From the human T2T-CHM13v2.0 reference genome, Homo sapiens: a stretch of 64,000 nucleotides of DNA. The notes beneath the pieces were generated by a model, which was not told where the DNA came from, did not search any database, and worked only from the letters and a program-made list of their open reading frames with translations. The stretch lies in the NCBI RefSeq assembly GCF_009914755.1, contig NC_060936.1. One strand, 5' to 3'. Positions 1 through 16,782 of the stretch are shown piece after piece (position 1 is the stretch's first letter; each line of letters begins with the position of its first letter). The translations under genes and the position numbers were made by a program.

Positions 1-115
1 TGAACCCCGGAGGCGGAGCTTGCAGTGAGCCGAGATCGCGCCACTGCACTCCAGCCTGGGTGACAGAGCGAGACTCCGTCTCAAAAAAAAAAAAAAAAAA
101 AAAGAAAGAAAGAAA
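1..115 (+). mobile_element. Alu 3' end (AluY-like), cut by window edge
   Basis: GGCGGAGCTTGCAGTGAGCCGAGATCGCG...GTCTC + A tail. Confidence 0.95.
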
Positions 116-261
116 TTGAATCATTCTATTGATCTGTATGTGCACTGACTTTTTTTTTGTTTGTTTTTTGCTATCACAATTATTCGATTTAGCTTGTATT
201 GTGATCTTTTTATTTGACACACTTTTCTGTTGTAAAATTTCCATTTGGTTCTTTAAAAAAC

Positions 262-1850
<1,589 letters not shown>

Positions 1851-3539
1851 AGGAGAGAGGCTGAGGGGAGCTTACTCCTTGGCTGACACCAGAAGTCTTT
1901 GCATCATTTTTTAAAACCATAAAATTTTGATAAAAAATTATTATTCCAAAAAAGTTGCAGGAACCAAGCTTTGTATAAATGATGTCAGAGGACATATCCT
2001 GCTTCTTCCAAATTAGAATAAAGTACTGATAAGCTTTGTTTTCAAGTGCTTTATTCATCATTTTTTTTTTTGTCCGTAAGAATTCTCTTCCCTAGTCGTG
2101 CTTCCCTCCCCTCTCAACTAATTTGAAATAGTTCCAGATTTGCATGGTGAATTTTTTTTTCCTAATCACAATCTCTGCTTTTCCAGTGGAATTTCTTTTG
2201 TCTTTTTTTTTTTTTTCACCACAGCTCTTTTTAATGCATGGGAATTTGTTTTGATAGAATATAATTTGTTAATTTCAGGGCACATAAAGTATCAGATAAT
2301 AGAGAAACTAGTTAATGGCATGGATTTGTGGAAGCAGAGAACTATCTGGTCCTCAGTATGTGTTTTCTGTGGAATTGCCTCTCAGTTTGGGGAGAGCATT
2401 TAGCTGTTATCCATCAATGTGTTCAATCTTATGGGGAGATTTGAGAGCATGCACCTTTCTCTAGACCAAACATATCACTGTGACATATTAAATTACTTTT
2501 TGTTACTGAAAACCCAGGGGCGTGTTATGTGGCTGGTAATATCTTTTTAGCCTACCAAACATTTGCAGGTGGAAGGGAATGTGCATGTTAATTCCACCAT
2601 CCTGAATTGTTCGTTGGGCTCCTTCCTTTGGCCTGCTGCCTTGTCACAGTTAATTCCAGTGAGTTGGCAGGGAGGCTCTAAGGGATGGCTGGCACTCTTA
2701 ACTCCTTTGTAGGTGCAGTTAGAGATGGTTTAGCCTTACTGATGGCCACCAGACTGTTTTCTTTTGACTTCTCAGTATTTTACCAATTGTGGCTTGAGAT
2801 TCTGCTGTGTTTTACTAAACTATACTGCACCTTTAAATAAACTATAATGATTATCTTAAGAGTTATTATATAAATATCAGGTAAATATTGACCTCTCTAC
2901 AGATTTTGCTTTTGCAATTATTTTTATAATTTTTAAGAGATACATAGAGATCAGATACATGCTGGTCTTTTAAAATATTTTAGTTTTAATCATTTTTATA
3001 TTTATTGTAAAACTAATAAGTCTAAAACCCATCTAACTTCCAAGATGTAACAGCTGAACTTCTGTGTTGACATCTGTTGCAAGTTGTTAAACTCAGAAAT
3101 CTTTTGCAGTTTGGTTGTAGAAACTTGTCTCTTCAGTGAATGAAGTGCTCTGATTCCTTTATGAGAGATTCACTTGTTTGACTGGGTTTTGCTGTGTCAT
3201 GATTGCTTTATCACTTCTGAAAATCAACTCTGGAACATTTTCCGTGCCCTGATTTAAAATGAAGAAGTTCTCCGATTTTTCCTTTAGATATCCGATTTAA
3301 AATCTTGATATCTTGAAATCTTGATATCTAGATCTCTTGGGGATTTGTCTTTTACATTCTGTAGTGTATAGTATGTATATTCTATATATGTATGTGTGTA
3401 TATATGTATATTTGAATACCCAGAGTGTTCTAGTGATATTAATTGGATCAGTAAATATTTGAGCACCTACTAAGTGCGAACATTGTTCTACATGAGCCAG
3501 TTGCTGACATTTTGGTGTATAAAGATACAGGCAGTAAAT

Positions 3540-3854
3540 GGCTGGGCGCAGTGGCCCATACCTGTAATCTCAGCACTTTGGGAGGCTGAGGCAGGCGGAT
3601 CACTTGCGGTCAGGAGTTCAAGACCAGCCTGACCAACATGGTAAAACCCTGTCTCTATTAAAAATGCAAAATTAGCCAGGTGTGGTGGCACATGCCTGTA
3701 ATCCCAGCTACTTGGAAGGCTGAGGCGAGAGAATCACTTGAATCCGGGAGGCAGAAGTTACAATGAGCCGAGATCGCGCCACTGCGATGGGCTGGGCAAC
3801 AAGAGTGAAACTCGGTCCCCCAACAAAGAAAACAACAACAAACAATAAAATAAA
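3540..3854 (+). mobile_element. AluS (Sq/Sp-like)
   Basis: Full dimer; ~20-bp TSD taaagata(c/t)aggca(g/t)taaat. Confidence 0.95.
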
Positions 3855-4154
3855 GATATAGGCATTAAATATATGGATATATGATGCATAAACAAATAAT
3901 TTTTTTTACAATACTTCAGGTTACTTGAAGCCTTCTTTTGAGTGACTAGATTTAAGTTTGTGAAACAAGGTTTTCAGAAGTTTTGGTTTTATTCTCTCAG
4001 AAATTTTGGCTTCATTTTTTCAACAAAACTTTTATTGACTGTTTATTTAGCAGATATTAAATGTAGCAAAATTACTATGACCCAGCTGTTGTCCACAAGG
4101 AGCTTATAGTCTAATCAAGAACCAATTTGTAATAACAATGAAATTAAAATATGA

Positions 4155-4584
<430 letters not shown>

Positions 4585-4657
4585 TATTGGCAGCCTTTTG
4601 AAAGGCTTTGGCTATAGGTAGATGGGAATCGAATTATCTGTGACCTTTGAAACCTAG

Positions 4658-4970
<313 letters not shown>

Positions 4971-6349
4971 TGAGACCTAGGCATTTTAATTATTTGTGTA
5001 ACTTTAACATACAGCCAGGCCTGGAAGTTTATTTAAAAGATGCATCTGTCTTTCCAGTTCAACTTTTAGTTTAACTATTCCTTTAGGAAAAGACATTTAT
5101 GGATGCAGCTGTGTGACAGCATTGCCGAAGCCTTCTCTTTAGAGTTTGTTACAACACAGCTCCAGTTATATTGCTTTGCTTAGGTTGTTCTTTGCTTTTT
5201 AACGTAAAATATTTATATTTGTCTTCATTCATTTTGTAAAAATGAAGCACAACTTTAAAAAAATCACAAATTTGGGGGTTTTACTTTATCCTCATGTGTG
5301 TTCCATTTCTCTTTAAAGCTAAAATGTCTATTATGTGTTGATATAAAAATATTATCCCCAGACTAAGACCACAGTTTCCTCAAACTTTGTTGAGTACATG
5401 CCCTCCTCCCTTTTAAAATTACATCTTGTAGGAGATTCTGGCATTTCTCATTTATATATTGTGAAGTTAAAATATATTTCCTAGAAGAAAAATATTTCAC
5501 AATAAGGGGAACTGAAAGCATTTGCTAGGGAGAGAGTTAAGGGTTGCTAAACTTATGGCATGCTGGATTGGTGTGTGCTGAGAATGCTTTCGCAACAACT
5601 TGATTCAGAAAACATTTACTGAATGCCTTTGGCAAAAGGCTCCTGCTAGATGCTTTGAGGGATAAGAAAATGAACAAAACACAGGCTCAGTTTTGTTGAA
5701 GGGCCTTCCAGGTTACTACATTGACTGTTTCTGAATCTCTTCTCTTCCATTCTCCACCTTTGCCATATCCCAGATAATGAAAATTAGAGCTCTAATTTAT
5801 CAATTCTGTAAGCTGAAAAGTCTATAAAATTAGTTTCCTTAAAATGTTGGTTACAGGTTCTCCTTTGTGCTGACAGAATTTAGAATAACAGAAAACATTT
5901 TGGTGTCTCAGTGCCTCCTTCCATAAATTAACATTTACTTCAGTAGATGCTTTTCATGGAGCATTATGATCCAGCCCCTCTCAAGCTGTGACTCGCCATG
6001 GACAGTATTAAATCAGATCTGAGCAGCTCTAGGAGACAGGTGAAAGTTGGAGAATATGCCCAGTGTCAGCATCTTGGCTAGAGTGTGCTGTTAAAACAGA
6101 GAACACTCTTGGCACTCAGAAACTGATCAGGCATGTGCCATTCTGCACGTGAGCTCTAAGAAATAAAGCCGCAGAGGGTGTTCTGTGTTTCCATTCCAGC
6201 TGAACTAAATGGTTAAGTATCCTTTTTAGGCATCCCCTTAAATCTACCACAGACTATCAGGTCATAATCCAGAAGAGGTAAATACCATAAAATCCCCAAA
6301 TACAGCCACGTATCCAGAAGCCAGAGTTCTGGCTTCATCAGCCATAACA

Positions 6350-6470
6350 GTCAGTTCCATTAAACAAATAACTGCTTGAACACCTACTGTGTAAAGCTCT
6401 GTGCTGGTGCTTCAGGTTGTAAAGAGACAAATAAGATTGAGTATCGATCAAGTTGCTTACAGTTTAGTAG
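6350..6470 (-). mobile_element. L2 3'-end fragment
   Basis: aaacaaata...ttgaacacctactgtg...ctgtgctggtgct. Confidence 0.5.
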
Positions 6471-8483
6471 CGCATGCTGCTCTCCTTGTTCCACCTGCCT
6501 TGCCATTCCAAATTCTGTTTCTTCCTGGCCTACCCTGGTCTGTAGCCACCTACAACTCAGTGTAGATACAGACCCATTCAGTGTGTTTATTACAACCCAG
6601 TCTTATAACCTTATCTTTTAAAATGTGCAATAGATGTTGGAAACAGTAGAGGAGCTGTGCCCTGAGCCCTGGACAGTGTCTGGAATGATTTGTAGAAAAG
6701 CCCATTGTAGCACTAATCACTTGAGGTACTGTTTCAGGGCAATTTTATTTTTCTAATGGAATCCCATGATTGGCATAGTTCAAACAGACAGAACCCAGAC
6801 AGGAGGCAGTCTTTAAAAATGGTTAGTCCAATTTTGTTTACATTTCTTCCCTTTGCAGAATGTGTATTTTCCCTTCTTCAGACTAAAAATGTCACAGTGT
6901 GATGTATGCTGTTGTGGAAGTATTTTGCATGAAATCACTAAATTCATTTATTCAAATAATTTGTCTTAGGCTTTTTAAAAGTGACCAGAGATAAATATTT
7001 ATGAATCATATTTAAGTATTTGGAGGGCATTTCAAGATAAGTATATTTAAGATAATTTCCTTGACTATGTTTGATGATATTAAGGGTTCTTAGAAATCTT
7101 TTCCAAAATCTTGCAATCTGAAAGTGAATGGAACATTCAGAATTAACTGTAGTCACAATTGTGTCTTTATTGTTGGTTGGTCTTGCCTGTTTCATTTTAC
7201 AAACAAATGTGAAGGACAATACTTTCTCCATCAAAATAGATAAGAAACTTTCATATAAAAGTAAGACAGGAAACTAATGTAACCTTTAAAAAAAATCTTG
7301 AATTATCTTATTAAGATTACAATAGATAATTAGATTAATCTAAAATTAGATTGTTGTTTAGTTAAACCTGATTTTATGATTTAGAAAGGCCAATAAATAG
7401 CACCTCTCTTCTCCACACGGGTTCTGGATAAATGGCAAAAAACCAAACTATTAGCAGATGAGGGCCATAATATTGCTTTTATTACTGATAAAGGTGATGG
7501 TAAAGGAAGCAGCTTAAGGTTAGAGCCAAATTGGTTTGCTAAGTGAATTCCATCATTATTCAGACCTACCCCGTGGGCACAGTGGTGCTGGATTGGAGAG
7601 GTCATATGCAGTATGCAGACCCTCCACTCAACGCAGCTTCAGCAGACAGCTTATGCGTATGAGGAAGAAGAGCATGAACAGACTATTTATCCCAAATTTA
7701 CCAGTCAGTCAGTTGCTTCCCTCTCCAGGATAGAATGATCTAAGTGGCAAAGACATGCTAAAGATGTTACAACTGGTGGACCTCGATTCATGCAAGGAAC
7801 CCTCAGAAGTGAGGAATGAATGTTCCCATCTGGTACTTCGTTCCCTCTTCCATGCATGGCTTTTATGAAGAATGGGTTGGTGCCAGGGTAGGAGAAGTAG
7901 CCTGACTAGGCCAATGAGCAAACCTTTGTTTTAGGGAAGAGACCTTGTAACAATTGGCCTCTTGGAAATTGCAGCCAAGGTTTGTTTATCGGAACGATGG
8001 GAATTTGTCCTTAGGCAGTCCTCTTTGCCTTTCTGAAACATCTGTGATTTAGTATTATTTCTGGGCAATAAGTCAAGGTCCACAACTTAGTTTTCTGTTG
8101 TCCTTTAACATTTTAAAATATGCCTACATCTCTTTCATTTTTAGTTTTCTTCACAGACTCCTTTTGTTTACCTCCCTCTCTGGTGTTTTGCATGATTATA
8201 GCTAACTTTCTTTTCTTTCGACATTCTCCCCTTGGACACAGTTTTAACTCTTTCATATCTTGGTGGTTACCAGATCTCTGTCTCCAACCCTGACCTCTGT
8301 TCTGAGCTCCATATTTGTATCCAGCTCTCTATTTAGCAGTTCCATCTGGGCTGTCTAAAACTAAACTCTCTTCTAGCCACCCCCACAACAACAACTCAGA
8401 AACCCTTGCCTTTTATTTTGTGATACCACAGCCTTTTCATTAGTTTAAGCTAGAAAGGGAAAGCTGGGGGTCACCACAGGCTT

Positions 8484-9172
<689 letters not shown>

Positions 9173-9188
9173 TGATATTTTTTTTCAC

Positions 9189-9480
9189 TTTTTTTTTTTT
9201 GAGACGGAGTTTTGCTCTTGTTGCCCAGGCTGGAGTGCAGTGGCGTGATCTCGGCTTACTACAACCTCCGCCTCCTGGGTTCAAGTGATTTACCTGCCTC
9301 AGCCTCCTGAGTAGCTAGGATTACAGGCACGTGCCACCATGCCTGGCTAATTTTGTATTTTTAGTAGAGACGGTTTCTCCATGTTGGTCAGGCTGGTCTT
9401 GAACTCCTGACCTCAGGTGATCTGCCCACCTTGGCCTCCCAAAGTGCTGGGATTACAGATGTGAGCCACTGCACCCAGCC
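9189..9480 (-). mobile_element. AluS (Sp-like)
   Basis: Full dimer, gctcttgttgccc and ttggtcagg diagnostics. Confidence 0.95.
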
Positions 9481-9585
9481 TTTTTTTTTTTTTACATTTT
9501 TAAATGCTTGTTTAAAACAAACAAATATATCTGTGAAAGAGACCACATGTGGTCTGCAAAGCCTAAGTACATATTTACGGTCTGA

Positions 9586-9894
<309 letters not shown>

Positions 9895-9976
9895 GGTCTG
9901 ACCCTTTACAGAAAAAGTTAGGCTGCATCTTTTCTAGGTCGAGTCCTATTAATTCTCTCCCTGCAAACATCCCTTG

Positions 9977-10217
<241 letters not shown>

Positions 10218-10363
10218 AAGACTTTAAATTTTTAACTTCTTGTTCTTTATCTGTGATCATGGTTTTCCAACTTTACACTCTTAAATTATTGAGGCTCAAA
10301 GAGCTTTTGTTTAGGTAAGTTATATGTATCCCTGTTGACCCCATATTAGAAAGTAAAGCTGAG

Positions 10364-10820
<457 letters not shown>

Positions 10821-10885
10821 TTAGTGTCTGGATTCTTATAAATGTCTTTTCATTAATCTGTTATGATAAAGAAAATCTGTCCTCA

Positions 10886-10920
10886 CATGTATCCCAGAAA
10901 TTAAAGTAAAATTAAAAAAA
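10886..10920 (+). mobile_element. Extremely 5'-truncated L1P 3' terminus
   Basis: catgtatcccagaaattaaagtaaaatt(A)n between 14-bp TSDs aaaatctg(t/g)cctca. Confidence 0.7.
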
Positions 10921-11066
10921 AAAATCTGGCCTCATGCAGCTATGTAGTTGGAAGAGTCAGGAGTACAGCATTTTAATAGTCTTATCAGATAACTGTGGTT
11001 ATTCTTCTGTGATACTGCATCAAAAGTCCACAAATAATAACTTCTTAAAGGTTAGTTACAATGTAG

Positions 11067-11420
<354 letters not shown>

Positions 11421-11554
11421 TTGTTTTATACTTCGAATGGATGTGTTACCCGTACATCTTTTTTTTGTTTGTTTGTTTGTTTGAAGATTATGTGTTGGTT
11501 ATTTGGAAAATAGTTATACGTACCTTCTAAATTTTGACATATTTCATTATATAG

Positions 11555-11922
<368 letters not shown>

Positions 11923-12445
11923 TGTTTGCTCTTTTATACTGTGTTAAAGGCTATTTGAAAATTTTATTTTGGCCAGGTGCGGAAAATTTTATTTATTGTT
12001 CTTTATCCACAACAATGCATCTCAAACTGTACACTTTTAAATTATTTATACTAATGGTACAAAAGCAATGGTGAGTAAAATTGCTGGAAACAGCACAAAT
12101 CAAGGTAGTGGCAACCTAGTCCATGCACTCACGGTAAAAGATATTGATTTTAGTACATCTTAATGCCTGAGTCCACATTTTTGTACAATTCTGTGTTGTG
12201 TCAAGGAAAAACATTTGTACAATTGTTTGAGAGTTGTGAGCTGACTTTTTAAACATCATTTCTACTTGAAAGAATAAATGAGAGATAAACTATGGTTATA
12301 TATTTAGATTTGGATGTCAGCCAGATATTTTCTCAAAAATGAATGAAATGAGCCTGTTGCTGGCAGCATTTGTTGACAATTATAAGTTACAGTGAACTGA
12401 TAGTGATTTTAAGCAAAAATAAAAATTTTAGAAAACCTGAATCTA

Positions 12446-12728
12446 GGTCAGGCACAATGGCTCACACCTGTAATCCCAACACTTTGGGAGGCCAAGGAGG
12501 GCAGATCACTTGAGCCCAGGAGTTGGACACCAGCCTGGGCAACATGGTGAAACCCCGTCTCTACAAAAAATACAAAATTAGCCAGGTGTGGTGGCAGGTG
12601 CCTGTAACCCCAGCTAGTCAGGAGGCTGAGGCAGGAAAATCACTTGAACCTGGGAGGTGGAGGTTGCAGTGAGCCGAGATCATGGCACTGTACTCCAGCC
12701 TGGGTGATAGAGTGAGACTCCGTCTCAA

Positions 12729-12768
<40 letters not shown>

Positions 12769-12770
12769 TA
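12446..12770 (+). mobile_element. AluS with A tail followed by (AT)n
   Basis: Full dimer, poly(A) then about 12 AT units. Confidence 0.95.
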
Positions 12771-13589
12771 CATAGCTTCATGGACCCCTGTAATTTTGGA
12801 GAGACCCCCAGAAACTGTGGACCACATTTTTGGAGAACTGCAGATTGAAAGTAAAGTCATTTCTGACTCAACTGTATTTCCTTCTCACTTCCCTTATTTC
12901 TTCTCTTTGCCTTTACTTTTGATGAGATTGGCCTGGTAGGTGTGCTGATCTGGTATGGATACAATTCCTGGTCAGATCTCCACTTCTGACTGGCAGTCTT
13001 GGCACAGGCACTGGACAAATGCTGGAAATAACCATGGGCACAAAGGAGAAGACCAGTTCTTAGCTTAACCTAGACCTTGTGGGGCAAAAACAACAGGGAA
13101 GGGCCAACCTTGCTAACTTTGTTGGCTTGCTTGTGTGTACATTCAGAAATTGGTCATATCACGTGGACTTGAATCCACAGTGAGACATTAATTGTGAGTC
13201 AAGTACTTTCCTTCTGAAGAAGTCTTTAGGGCTCCAGGACAGGAGAGACTCTTAGGCTAAAAAGGGCCCTCCAGAGGTCTCAGCACTACACACTGTTGCC
13301 CCAAACCTTCTGAGTTATATCACAGTCATTTCATTCTGATTCATTCTAATTATCTCCAGGTAAAGGGCTCCAGTTTCCTGGCTTTAATAAGCCTTTGGAG
13401 TTAAGAGATTTTTCCTTATGAGTACTCCAGATGCCCTCTTTTATAATTTAAGCTAATTTCCTTTAATTTTATTTTTTAAAATAAAAATAGCCAAGAATGG
13501 TGCTCCTTATGCTTTTTCTTTATATTTTGCAGAAATTTTATTATCTATATTTTTACTCCAGTCTACTTTATCCTTTCTTTTCTTTTTCC

Positions 13590-13670
13590 TTTTTTTTTTT
13601 TTTTTGAGACTGTGTCTCACTCTGTTGCCCAGACTAGAGTGTAGTGGCGTGATCTCGGCTCACTGCAACT
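13590..13670 (-). mobile_element. 5'-truncated Alu right-arm fragment
   Basis: poly-T + gagac...ggctcactgcaac. Confidence 0.9.
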
Positions 13671-13701
13671 TTCTTCTATTTTTAACCCAGTTCCTTCAGT
13701 T

Positions 13702-13989
13702 CAGTTGTTCTGAACTGAGGCAATTTTGCACCCCTCAACCGTCAGGGTACATTTGGCAAGGTCTAGAGACATTTTTGGTTGTCAGAGCTCTGGGTTGGGG
13801 GATGAAATTGCTACTGGCATTTAATGGGTAGAGGTCAGCAGAATTACTAATTGTTTTGTTACAGCAATACTTTCACACACTTTATGTTCAAATGATGGAA
13901 ATATCCTACAGTGCACACAGCACCCTCCATCAACAAAGAATTATCTAGCCCAAAATGTCAACAATGCCAGCCTTGAAGGACCGACCCGG
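13702..13989. mobile_element. MER20 (hAT-Charlie) with ~60-bp internal insertion
   Basis: acatttggcaa..tctagagacatttttggttgtca, tgctactggcat, aacaaagaattatctagcccaaaatgtcaa. Confidence 0.85.
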
Positions 13990-15179
13990 CTTTAGTCCTT
14001 CCTTGTAATTTGGTAGCTCTTTCTTAATGTTTTTTGCTGCATTATGAATTCAGTTTTACTTTGTATATTAACTAGAATTGTGGTTTTATTTTGGAGAAAC
14101 TATTTTGTGTTCGGAATAACTAAATACATTTTAGAGGTCGCTCACTCTTTGGAATTCTGACTTACATTTGTGCTATAGGTCATGCCACATCATTACTTTC
14201 TGCATGTGAATGAGCACAACTACTTGATGACTTTCAAAAACACAGATTTCTGGCCCAATTGAGACTTTAAAAGAACTCTTCTGGAAATGCCTGTAATTAG
14301 CCAGATTTGGGAATCATTGAAACAGGAATTTATTCATAAGCTAAAAAATAGGCAGGCTTTTAAGACCGCTACTGCATAAAGAAAATGTCCTTTGTGGCTC
14401 TCAGAAATAATATCCACCCTCCTGGGCAACCAGTTCTGTCAGTAAAACCAGTCAGGTAACCATCAGGTTGGAGGCGCCCAATAGGAGTGTGATTCTTTCC
14501 GGCTGTATGCTGTACAGTTGACCTTGTTTGCCACAAATTAGGTTTCCAAAGAGGGAGAGTAAAAAGAAATGTGGAAGGGGGTAGAGGAGATTGCTAGTAG
14601 AATAAAATACTATTTACCATATACCCTAGGAGGGGCCTTACTCAGTGCTGATTTCTCCTCCATAGCGTCTACTTGCTACCCACATTCACCACAGTGGTAG
14701 GTGACCTTAAACACTACTTGTGGTGTACGTTATCGTGCCCAAGACAGTGGAGTCACCGGGCAGCACAAGGGATATCCACTCAACTCCTGCTGACTCAGGC
14801 ATGGTTTGCTTGCCCTGTCCATACTTTACTTACTCTTGGCTGAAAGGAAAGTTAATGAAGATGAGCTCATTTGTTGCAGCAGTTTCATGAGGTATACAGT
14901 TAGAAATTTGTTGAGGAAGGGAAGAAAAGATAAATATCTTTTACTTTTTTCTTTTTTGCAGCCAGAATGTAGCCTTTAATACTGATTGAGGCAGAGCTCA
15001 GTGTGAGAGCTGTGCGAGCCTGCACTGAATCCTCGAGTTAGGCCCCCTTGTCTCAGGCAGCCCTGGACCTGGGCAGGCCTCCTGCAGAGAGGACACAGGG
15101 CATGGTGGAGCATGCTTGATCAAAGAGAAGGGCAGTAACTTTTTAGATGAAGTGAATTTTGTTTGGAAGGATAATAGCT

Positions 15180-15500
15180 TCTTTTTCTTTTTTTCTGTTT
15201 TTTTTTTTTTTTTTTTTTTTGAGTGGAGTTTCGTTCTTTTTGTCCAGGCTGGGGTTCAATGGTGCGATCTCAGCTCACTGCAGCCTCCGCCTCCCGGGTT
15301 CAAGTGATTCTCCTGCCTCAGCCTCCAAGTAGCTGGGATTACAGGTGCGCACCACCACGCCTGGCTAATTTTGTATTTTTAGTAGAGACGGGGTTTCACC
15401 ACATTGTCCAGACTGGTCTCGAACTCCTGACTTCAGGCGATTTGCCCGCCTTGGCCTCCCAAAGTGCTGGGATTACAGGCGTGACCCACCACACCTGGCC
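15180..15500 (-). mobile_element. AluS
   Basis: Full dimer; TSD taatagctt. Confidence 0.95.
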
Positions 15501-15624
15501 TAATAGCTTTTTTTTCTGATTAGTTATTAAGGAAGCAGAGTAGAATTCTATGAAACATTGTAATATTAGTTTATATTGGAAGTATAAAATAAATACTGGC
15601 TCCATCTTAGCCCTCTGGATTTCT

Positions 15625-15860
15625 TTTATTTTTGTTTTTACCCTTTTTAACGGAGATTTTCAAACATATACCAGAGTAGAACTGTATGGTGAATCTCCAT
15701 GTACCCATCACCCACCAACAGCAGTGAAAACACATGACCCATCTACTTTCATCTGTGCCCCATCCACTTTTCTTCTCCTGCACCCTCCCCAGCCTCCAGT
15801 TATTTTAAAAACATATTTCAAGCATTAACGGATAATTTCACTTACAAGTACGTAAGCTAG
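15625..15860 (-). mobile_element. L1MC-like 3' fragment
   Basis: ttttcaaacatata...ccatgtacccatcaccca. Confidence 0.55.
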
Positions 15861-16571
15861 TCAGTGGTCGTGTTTCCCCTGATGGTATGCACATTTTTTT
15901 CTTTAGTTAGTTGTCTGGTTTCTTTTTAAAAGATGGCTGATAATCAGATGATGTAATCAAATTTTGGGGGTGTGTGGGGTCTATAACATTCTGCTTTTTG
16001 TCAGGGGGGCATTTACCTAGATTAGAATTACAAAGATGATGTTACAAATCTAATTCTTGGTATAAATTTAGATAATAAAATTGATTGAAGGAAATGTTTA
16101 CCGTATACACAAAGTGTTAGTAGGATTCCATGTAGACATAACCACAAGCCACAAATGGGCTTCATTGTTGCCTGGAAGCCCTACTGGTAAATTTGTTTCC
16201 TCATGTTCTGAGAGGACTATTACATATCTTTTCCTCAAACCCACACACATGTCCTTTATTCTCTTAGCCAATGGCCTTGTTTCATGCTTCTCTGATAAAA
16301 TAGAAATCTTTCCAGAGTGATACCCTCATCTTCCCTCCACCACATCTACACGTTTTTTTTTTGGCAGCCAGACTCCTCTTCTATTGTGTCCCTCCAGTTG
16401 GTTATAGTGGTGGCGAGTACTTGTTTCATCTGAACCCCCACCTGTGCTTCAGTCCCTCCATTGGTGCTGAGCACCCCTACCTTCCCAAGGCGCTTACTGC
16501 TTCTGTGGTCTGCTTTCCTCCCCCATCTGCAGGTGCTGCTTGTCTCCCGGAGCATCCCTATTGATCATAGA

Positions 16572-16782
16572 CAGATGTCCCGATGTAGGATTTTTTGACT
16601 TTACGAAGGTGTGGAAGTGATACAAATTCAGTACGGTCCTTTACTTACAGTGGGGTAACGTACTGATAAACCCATCCTAAGTTGAAAATACTGTAAATTG
16701 AAAACACACTTACAGTTCATGATATTTTCTATTTACGATGGGTTTATCTGCACATACCCCATCATAAATAAAAGAGCATCTG
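16572..16782. mobile_element. MER47/Tigger-type TcMar MITE
   Basis: Termini CAGATG...CATCTG; internal gataaacccatc / gatgggtttatc inverted repeat. Confidence 0.8.

Noticed and set aside
3298-3335. Short tandem duplication aaatcttgatatct with clustered GATATC
   Set aside because: Ordinary slippage-scale duplication; a similar one lies at about 48703-48738.
7330-7343. Perfect 14-bp palindrome ttagattaatctaa
   Set aside because: Expected by chance in 64 kb of AT-rich DNA.
13160-13201. Isolated CACGTG and TGAGTCA motifs (also at 53990 and 60411)
   Set aside because: Single 6-7-mers occur several times by chance in a window this size.
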